39,610 bases of DNA from Negativicutes bacterium (lineage in GTDB: Bacteria > Bacillota > Negativicutes > JAGOZY01): positions 1 through 39,610 of the forward strand of contig JAGOHU010000002.1 in NCBI GenBank assembly GCA_017995975.1, in the 5' to 3' direction. Below the pieces are notes generated by a model. That model did not search any database. It worked only from the letters and a program-made list of their open reading frames with translations, and was not told the DNA's origin. Shown here piece after piece: positions 33,293-39,610 of this stretch (the stretch's first letter is position 1; every line of letters starts with the position of its first letter). The position numbers were made by a program, and so were the translations under genes.

Positions 33293-34363
33293 ATGTATCC
33301 AAAACTTGTAACGGACTTAGATATCCTTCATGGTAATGCCAAAAATATTGTCCAGATCAGTAAGGACCTAGGAATTTCTATTATTGGAATTACGAAAGGT
33401 TTTTGTGGAGATATTCAAATTGCTAAAGTTCTAGAAGAATCTGGAGTTGCTGGTCTGGGAGATTCACGGATGAAAAATATTATCTCCTTGCGGGAAGGTG
33501 GGATTAAGGTTCCTCTCTGGTTGCTACGAATCCCTATGCAGAGCGAGGTGGATAAAATCGCTCATTATGTGGATGGGCTTTATATTTCAGAACTTTCTAC
33601 AGCCCAAAAGCTTTCGGAAGCAGCTCAAAAAGCGGGACGAGAAATTGATTTAATTTTAATGGTAGAAATGGGAGATTTACGAGAAGGAATTTTAAAGGAA
33701 AATTTATTTGAGGTTGCTCGGGAGATGTCAAAGCTTCCGAATCTAAACCTTCAGGGCATTGGCTCTAATTTTGCTTGCTATGGGGGAGTAATCCCAACAA
33801 CTGCTGTGCTCCAAGAGATGGTTGATCTACAAGAGAAACTTCGCAAAGAATTGGGCCTTCCTTTACCAATTTTATCAGGGGGGAATTCGTCTTCGGTAGG
33901 ACTTTTACCCTGGAAAGTCCCGGCTGGCGTGACCCAACTTCGCTTGGGAGAAGCAATTCTTTTTGGGCAAGAAGCGTGTGAGAGAAAACCAATTTCTGGC
34001 TCGAGCCAAGATGGGTTTACTTTATTTGCCGAAGTGGTTGAAGTCCAAATAAAAAATTCGATACCTACTGGAGAAATCGGTATTGATGCGTTTGGCAAAG
34101 TACCGCAATTCAAAGATCGAGGTTCCAGAAAAAGAGCAATTGTTGCGGTAGGACGGCAAGACACTGTGCCGGAAGATTTATTCCCTTTATGGGGAGGAGT
34201 AGAGATTTTAGGTGCAAGTAGTGATCACATGTTGTTAGATGTTGAAAACGCATCGCCCGAAGTGACTGTGGGGATGATTATTCCTTTTCGAATTCGCTAT
34301 TATAGTGGGATGTTGCAAGGATTTACTTCGGATTATGTAACCAAAGAATATAAACAAACTTGA
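33293..34363 (+). CDS. PLP-dependent amino-acid racemase-like protein (alanine racemase N-terminal fold; YhfX/ornithine racemase-like)
   Basis: TIM-barrel PLP fold with a candidate Lys in IIGITKGFCGD and about 355 aa. The start is ambiguous between 33278, 33284 and 33293. Confidence 0.65.
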   Translation: MYPKLVTDLDILHGNAKNIVQISKDLGISIIGITKGFCGDIQIAKVLEESGVAGLGDSRMKNIISLREGGIKVPLWLLRIPMQSEVDKIAHYVDGLYISELSTAQKLSEAAQKAGREIDLILMVEMGDLREGILKENLFEVAREMSKLPNLNLQGIGSNFACYGGVIPTTAVLQEMVDLQEKLRKELGLPLPILSGGNSSSVGLLPWKVPAGVTQLRLGEAILFGQEACERKPISGSSQDGFTLFAEVVEVQIKNSIPTGEIGIDAFGKVPQFKDRGSRKRAIVAVGRQDTVPEDLFPLWGGVEILGASSDHMLLDVENASPEVTVGMIIPFRIRYYSGMLQGFTSDYVTKEYKQT

Positions 34364-34374
34364 AAAGTGGAAAT

Positions 34375-34416
34375 AAAAAATCGGCTGATACTTAAAAATA
34401 TCAGCCGATTTTTTTA
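34375..34416. terminator. Bidirectional intrinsic terminator between convergent genes
   Basis: 11-bp stem ATCGGCTGATA / TATCAGCCGAT with an A-run 5' and TTTTTT 3'. Confidence 0.85.
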
Positions 34417-34448
34417 GTTCTACTTATTCTATTGGTTTCAGCACCGAT

Positions 34449-35606
34449 TTAGACTGCATCAATACAAAGGGCCAGTAATTTTGCTCTTTCCATGAATCCG
34501 TCAATGAGGATATATTCGTCGACGCTATGGTTGAGTCCACCGCGGGAGCCCATAGCACAGACTGTAGGTGCACCAGCTTGGACAGTTAGTGAAGCATCGG
34601 AACCACCGCCACTAACGAAGCCTTGGATATCAACTCCTAGTTTTTTGCCTTGTTCTTGAACTAGGGCAAAAAGGTTTTTTACACCTTCCGTAGTTTCCAT
34701 TGGAGGGAAAGAGGGAGCCATTTTTACCATAGTGGTTTCCGTTTTTGGTACATAGGTTTTTTCTGCGACTTTTTGTAGATTTTCGAGAGCTTTATTCATC
34801 TCGTCTAGAGTTAAGGCTCGGATATCAATTTCGAGGGTGGCATTATCTGGTACAGCATTGAAAACCACGCCGCCTTTGATTGTGCCTACATTGAAAGTGG
34901 TTCCTTTGGTGAGATCGGTCAGGTTGTGGATATCAATGATTTTTTGAGCTGCTTCAAGGATGGCACTGGCTCCTTTTTCAGGCTCATTTCCAGCATGGGC
35001 TCCAATTCCTTTAATAACCATTTTGGGGCTTGCAGTCCCTTTGCGGCCAATAATGACTCCGCCATCAGGGCGACCAGACTCCATATTGAAGACTGCGTCT
35101 TTTCCTTTGGCATACTCTAGGAAAAGTTCGGCTGCATTGGTATTTGGATGAGCTGTTTCTTCATCCCCACAGAAAAATACTGTCACATCTTTATCTTGCC
35201 ATTGGTTCATCAATAAAGCTTCCATGGTGAAAAGTCCAATGGTGATTCCACTTTTCATATCCAGTACGCCTGGTCCGAAAGCTTTATTGCCATCCATTTT
35301 GAAAGGTCTTGCTGCGGCAGTTCCTTTTGGAAAGACTGTGTCCATATGTCCAGAGATCATAACCTTTTTCGCATCTAGTGTATTGGCTTTTTTATGACCA
35401 AAGACATGGGTAGGAGCATTTGGCGTTTCGATTAGTTTTACTTCGTCAAAGCCAATTTGAGCTAATTTTTCTTTAATGAGAGAGGCTACTTGGTGGATTC
35501 CTTCCAAATTATCTTTTCCTGAGTCGATATTGACCAAGTTTTCGAGAAAAGAAATCATTTCAGGCTGTTTACTTTCCAAATATTGGAAAACTTTTTCTTG
35601 ATTCAT
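34449..35606 (-). CDS. M20-family metallopeptidase (carboxypeptidase G2 / ArgE-DapE-like)
   Basis: Motifs ISGHMDTVFP, GPGVLDMKSG and FCGDEETA (metal ligands), with a dimerisation-domain insert. Confidence 0.8.
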   Translation of the reverse strand: MNQEKVFQYLESKQPEMISFLENLVNIDSGKDNLEGIHQVASLIKEKLAQIGFDEVKLIETPNAPTHVFGHKKANTLDAKKVMISGHMDTVFPKGTAAARPFKMDGNKAFGPGVLDMKSGITIGLFTMEALLMNQWQDKDVTVFFCGDEETAHPNTNAAELFLEYAKGKDAVFNMESGRPDGGVIIGRKGTASPKMVIKGIGAHAGNEPEKGASAILEAAQKIIDIHNLTDLTKGTTFNVGTIKGGVVFNAVPDNATLEIDIRALTLDEMNKALENLQKVAEKTYVPKTETTMVKMAPSFPPMETTEGVKNLFALVQEQGKKLGVDIQGFVSGGGSDASLTVQAGAPTVCAMGSRGGLNHSVDEYILIDGFMERAKLLALCIDAV

Positions 35607-35631
35607 TTTAATTCCCCCTTTTATTTACTGG

Positions 35632-36102
35632 CTAAACAAAGAACATGGTGATCCACATACCAATTGCGGCGTCTAAGAGACAAGTGGCAATCAGTAGAGG
35701 ATGGTATTTTGGTAAGGCTCCAGAGACGACTACAATTCTCACATAGTGTCCAATCAGAGTCCCCATAAGGATTACAGCTGGGTATAGGACAGTTGCTTGT
35801 GCAGCAGTGATGACTCCTGAATTGTATAAAGAGGCCGCAGCACCAGCGCCGGCAGCTTTAGCAAAAAAGGCCGAGAGTAGAACAACTGAGGCTTCACCTG
35901 GGAGCCCCCAAAGGGCCATAACTGGAGCCATTACTTTTCCTAGGACGATCATGAGTCCTGTTTGTTGTAAGATTTGGATCAACACAAAAGCAAAAATCAT
36001 GGCAGGCATTATATGTTCTACTGCGATTTTAAAGCCTTTCCGACAACCGTCGATAAAAAGCTCGAGCATCATTTTTTCTTTTTTAACTTCTTGGGTACTC
36101 AT
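35632..36102 (-). CDS. Nucleoside-recognition (Gate) domain membrane protein, SpmB/YjiG-like
   Basis: 156-aa polytopic ORF that overlaps the upstream partner ORF by 4 nt. Confidence 0.65.
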   Translation of the reverse strand: MSTQEVKKEKMMLELFIDGCRKGFKIAVEHIMPAMIFAFVLIQILQQTGLMIVLGKVMAPVMALWGLPGEASVVLLSAFFAKAAGAGAAASLYNSGVITAAQATVLYPAVILMGTLIGHYVRIVVVSGALPKYHPLLIATCLLDAAIGMWITMFFV

Positions 36103-36752
36103 TGTGATCCCCCCTGTTCCTGAGCTTTTTGTTTTTTCTCAGCCAGATTTAGAATCAGACGAACCACATTGGCACCAATGATTTTTGCCAAAATTTGAAT
36201 CCCAATGATCACACCGGGTGCAAGTAAAGAGATCGGGATAAGCGCGCTTCCAGCCCCTAATGTATTTGTGATTGTGGCAGATCCAGCATACTGGTAAGCT
36301 ACAAAAACCGTTCTTTCTTTTTCTGTAAGTTCTCCTTCTTCACGCAATTGGCGAGTCATTACAGAGCCGACATCAGAGCTATTCAAGGAAGCAACAAATG
36401 CGAGCCCAGCTACACCTGGAATTCCCATCAAAGGACGGAAAAGAGGTTGGAAAATCTTTTGAGCAGCTCCTAAAGCGCCGTAATACTCAAAGATTTCAAT
36501 AAATCCGAGTGCAAGCATAATGGTTGGAAAGAGTACAAAGGCTTCCATGAAACCACGTCGAGCTCCTTCGGCTTTTCCTCCACCAACAAGCTCAGTACCA
36601 AACTTCCCAATCATCGAAGAGAAGTCCAGAGCCGCAAGCCATTCTAGTCCTGGGTATTTGGAGAGAGTTGGAATAAGTCCAGAGAAGAGAAAGATGAAGA
36701 CAAATAGTGAGAGCCATCCTCTCCAAGTTACTTGGAGTTCCGTTTTTTCCAT
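36099..36752 (-). CDS. Nucleoside-recognition (Gate) domain membrane protein, SpmA/YjiH-like
   Basis: Polytopic ORF with its start at the ATG at 36752, behind AAAAGGGGG. It is paired with the SpmB-like ORF. Confidence 0.65.
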   Translation of the reverse strand: MEKTELQVTWRGWLSLFVFIFLFSGLIPTLSKYPGLEWLAALDFSSMIGKFGTELVGGGKAEGARRGFMEAFVLFPTIMLALGFIEIFEYYGALGAAQKIFQPLFRPLMGIPGVAGLAFVASLNSSDVGSVMTRQLREEGELTEKERTVFVAYQYAGSATITNTLGAGSALIPISLLAPGVIIGIQILAKIIGANVVRLILNLAEKKQKAQEQGGSQ

Positions 36753-36878
36753 AATAATCCCCCTTTTCAAAATAAAATTTCTCTGCTTTTGTGGTTATCT
36801 CTATATTACTGAAAATTACAAAAACAAATTACTTCATTATAACAAAGAAAGAGCTTTCGATGCAAAGAAAAGAACCGG

Positions 36879-39610
36879 TTATTTTAATTGGATGGCTTGG
36901 TTTAAATGAAAACTATAAATCCAAATTTCTTTTATTGGCTTTGGTAGTATGGGATTTAAGGCTTCATAATATAGGTTCATTTGATGAAAGTATCGGTCTT
37001 TGAATTGGTCGCTATTTTTTAAATGGTCGCTTTTATAATCTAATAATACAAACCCATCAGGCTCTTCCATCAGCAAGTCGACTACTCCTTGGATGAGGAT
37101 GGGGTCGGTGATGCCATCCCAATCATTGAGTAATTTTTCGGCTGGAATGAGTCCACTAAAGGGAAGCTCTCTTTTTAAATTTCCTGCAAGCAATCGCTGA
37201 CCAAAGTCGCTTTTGATCAGCTTGGTAATGGAGAGGAGTGGGAGGGAGTCGGTACCGTGAGTGGGGAGAAGTCCTTTTTCAATTAAATGAGTCACTTGGT
37301 GGGCCACTTTATCGAGCTCATCGGCTTCTGAAAAATCAAGATGCTGCATCAAGCTATGGAGCTGAGTTCCTTTTTCCGCTGGAGTTAGCTCCGAGTTTTC
37401 TTGAATAAAGCGAGGTCTTTCGGTGACTGTTTTTGGAGAGTTTTTGGTTTCTAATTCGGGTAAGGTATCTTCTCTTTCCATCCACTCTAGTCGGCGTTTG
37501 AGCTCGGTGACGCTAGTTTTTCCTGGCTTTCCCACAGCTTCTTCATGGGAATATTGCCAGTGAAGGAGTGATTCGATCGGGGTTACGGGCTTGATGGGGA
37601 TGGGTTGTAAATTTTCGATGTAAGATCGCTCTAAAAATTCTTTGCGGCTTTGATCTTGGATATTTTCAACTCGGTCATGAAGGGAGATTTCCCAGACCGA
37701 ATCATCTTCGATAATCTCGCCAGTTTGAGGAGCCTTTACTTTTTGCAGTATAGGCTGCATAGATTTGTGCCGTACTAGCCCTAGGAGAAGCCATTCAAGA
37801 TAAGAACGGCTGGAGAGGACGAAGTGAGCAGGCAAAGTATTCTCTGGGTAATAAAGGGCCTCTAAGGCGGTCTGGGCGATCTGGTCCCTGAGGCTTGATG
37901 AGGAGCCGATGAGGACAAGCTTTTCTTCTGCTCGAGTGAGAGCCACATAGAGGACTCGGAGTTCTTCGGCTTTATTTTCTTTTTCGATGGCTTTTTGAAT
38001 CCCCAATCGGACACCGGTCGGATAGCGATAGCGAAGTTCTAAATCAGTGAGATATGGGCCAGCTCCTAGAGATTTATGAAAAAGAATGGGTGCGGCTGTG
38101 TCTTGCTGATTGAATTTTTTACCCAGATTGAGCAAAAAAACTGCGGGAAATTCGAGACCTTTACTTTTATGAATACTAAGGAGACGTACTACATTTTCGC
38201 CTTCTCCAAGGATTCGGGCTGGCCCCCAGTCGCTTCCTTTTTCACGAAGTTTCTCAATAAATCGTAGAAAGCGGGATAGACCACGCATACCAGAAGTCTC
38301 AAAATCTTGGGCTCTTTCTTGAAGGGCTTTTACGTTGGCTGCTCGCAAAGCGCCGCCCGAAAGGGCAGTGACCCAGCTATCATAGAGAGTGTCACCAAGA
38401 ATCTTCTGGATGAGGTGAGGCACACTCTCTCGGCGGCTGAGGGAACGCCAGGTATCATAAAAAGCGAGAAAGATTTCAATTTTTGTTCGAGTTTTTTCAG
38501 CTAGATTTTCATTGGTTCGGGCTTCTTTGAGGGCTTCCCAATAAGAGCCGTGGGTTTTTACGAGACGAATTTGGGCTAACTCGGGCTCTTTAAAGTCTCC
38601 AATGGGAGAGCGAAGGACTGCTGCGAGATGAATATCTTGATAGGGATTGTCAATTACCGCTAGGGTAGAGAGAAGGGTTTGCACTTCGGTTTCTTGAAAG
38701 TAGCCTTCGTCTAAATCAGCGTGACAAGGAATTTCATAAGACCGAAAAATTTCGAGCAAATCAGGGGTGCGACCTTTTACGGATCGGAGTAGAATAACTG
38801 CATCTCGCCACTGGAAATCTCGATAGAGGTTCGTTTTTTTATCAAAGACTTGCTTCTTTTCTTGATGCCATTTTTGAATGATTTGAGCAGTGAGATGGGC
38901 TTCTTTTCGAAAGTCCGTATCTTCGATGAAGCCGCTTTCGTCGATTTCTTCTTGTTCGTCGGAGGGTTTTTCGAGCAGATGAAGCTCAATGGGTCCAGCC
39001 AGAGTAGTGTCGTTCCACTCGGGATAATTTGCTCCCGGCTTTAATGATTCGGCTTCGCCATATTCCATTTCGGCACTGGCTTTGCTGAAAAGCTGAGTGC
39101 AAATGAAATTGATCCCCCAGAGAATTTCATTGCGACTGCGAAAATTTTGATTTAGATTGATCAATTCTGTTTCGGCCGATTCGGGATAGAAGAGGTATTT
39201 GGATAGAAATAGCTCTGGCTCGGCAAGGCGGAATTTATAGATACTTTGCTTTACATCGCCTACTTGGAACCGATAGGCTCCGTCTGGGTCGCAGAGGAAA
39301 GAAATGATACTTTCCTGTACCCCATTGGTATCTTGATATTCATCGACCATGACTTCTTTATATTTTTCTTGGAGTTCGAAGGCCACTTCGGAAGGCTGGC
39401 TCGGATCTGCTTCATCTCTTAGAAGGGAAAGGGCGCCATGCTCAAGGTCGGAAAAATCGGCAAAGCCTTCTTGGATTTTTGCTTGCTGATAGTATTCGGT
39501 GAATCGAAGGGTAAGCTGTACTAACATTTCGATTTGAGGGCCTGACTTGGCGAGCTCTTCAAAAAGTTCTTTGCTGGTTCGGGCAAAGTAGCGATGGAGT
39601 CGGGCCACGT
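36879..39610 (-). CDS. addA: ATP-dependent helicase/nuclease subunit A AddA (C-terminal ~909 aa; N-terminus is outside the window)
   Basis: UvrD/Rep helicase motifs VDEYQDTN and LLSIHKSKGLEFPAVFL, VLYVALTRAEEKL, and a C-terminal RecB-type nuclease motif GVVDLL...LLDYKSD. The ORF is open to the window edge. Confidence 0.9.
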   Translation of the reverse strand, partial: VARLHRYFARTSKELFEELAKSGPQIEMLVQLTLRFTEYYQQAKIQEGFADFSDLEHGALSLLRDEADPSQPSEVAFELQEKYKEVMVDEYQDTNGVQESIISFLCDPDGAYRFQVGDVKQSIYKFRLAEPELFLSKYLFYPESAETELINLNQNFRSRNEILWGINFICTQLFSKASAEMEYGEAESLKPGANYPEWNDTTLAGPIELHLLEKPSDEQEEIDESGFIEDTDFRKEAHLTAQIIQKWHQEKKQVFDKKTNLYRDFQWRDAVILLRSVKGRTPDLLEIFRSYEIPCHADLDEGYFQETEVQTLLSTLAVIDNPYQDIHLAAVLRSPIGDFKEPELAQIRLVKTHGSYWEALKEARTNENLAEKTRTKIEIFLAFYDTWRSLSRRESVPHLIQKILGDTLYDSWVTALSGGALRAANVKALQERAQDFETSGMRGLSRFLRFIEKLREKGSDWGPARILGEGENVVRLLSIHKSKGLEFPAVFLLNLGKKFNQQDTAAPILFHKSLGAGPYLTDLELRYRYPTGVRLGIQKAIEKENKAEELRVLYVALTRAEEKLVLIGSSSSLRDQIAQTALEALYYPENTLPAHFVLSSRSYLEWLLLGLVRHKSMQPILQKVKAPQTGEIIEDDSVWEISLHDRVENIQDQSRKEFLERSYIENLQPIPIKPVTPIESLLHWQYSHEEAVGKPGKTSVTELKRRLEWMEREDTLPELETKNSPKTVTERPRFIQENSELTPAEKGTQLHSLMQHLDFSEADELDKVAHQVTHLIEKGLLPTHGTDSLPLLSITKLIKSDFGQRLLAGNLKRELPFSGLIPAEKLLNDWDGITDPILIQGVVDLLMEEPDGFVLLDYKSDHLKNSDQFKDRYFHQMNLYYEALNPILPKPIKEIWIYSFHLNQAIQLK

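Noticed and set aside
1-39610. CRISPR arrays, tRNA/rRNA genes, prophage or defence-system genes, and toxin-antitoxin pairs.
   Set aside because: No spaced direct-repeat arrays and no tRNA-like T-arm or acceptor patterns are present. Apart from chromosomal addA, no nuclease, ATPase, RT or integrase ORFs are found. Small ORFs in the intergenic regions lack RBSs.

Overview
This is about 39.6 kb of chromosome from a low-GC Gram-positive, Bacillota-like anaerobe (GGAGG-type RBSs, frequent GTG/TTG starts, ATGA-coupled operons). There are no rRNA or tRNA genes, no CRISPR array, and no recognisable defence or prophage genes.

Gene order:
- 3' end of a LIV branched-chain amino-acid ABC importer (livH'MGF), then a CBS/ACT protein.
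- Minus strand: a gamma-carbonic-anhydrase-like protein and a papain-fold protein.
- DASS anion permease and an M20D amidohydrolase.
- Glutamate dehydrogenase, then a lipoprotein.
- A 517-bp ORF-less, MITE-like element inserted into an intrinsic terminator, with a 27-bp duplication.
- FAD oxidoreductase, a decayed MarR-like gene, and a nitroreductase.
- Two tandem paralogous secreted Tyr/Arg/Gly-rich proteins, then an ABC-2 exporter.
- A metal/cobalamin block: small membrane protein, fused cbiMN, cbiQ, cbiO, an intergenic cluster of consensus DnaA boxes, cbiK, two ZIP transporters, a cobalamin riboswitch, and cbiL-cbiD-cbiE-cbiT.
- A roughly 335-nt structured leader of unrecognised class in front of an orphan Na+-pumping decarboxylase beta/gamma pair and a MatC-like anion carrier.
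- Three uncharacterised membrane proteins, an amidase and a YhfX/ornithine-racemase-like PLP enzyme.
- Convergent with these: an M20 peptidase and a split Gate-domain transporter.
- The 3' 2.7 kb of addA.

The three most unusual signals are all non-coding: the terminator-targeted element at 9.95-10.5 kb with its structured core, the DnaA-box cluster at 19.5 kb, and the long leader at 25.6-26.0 kb.
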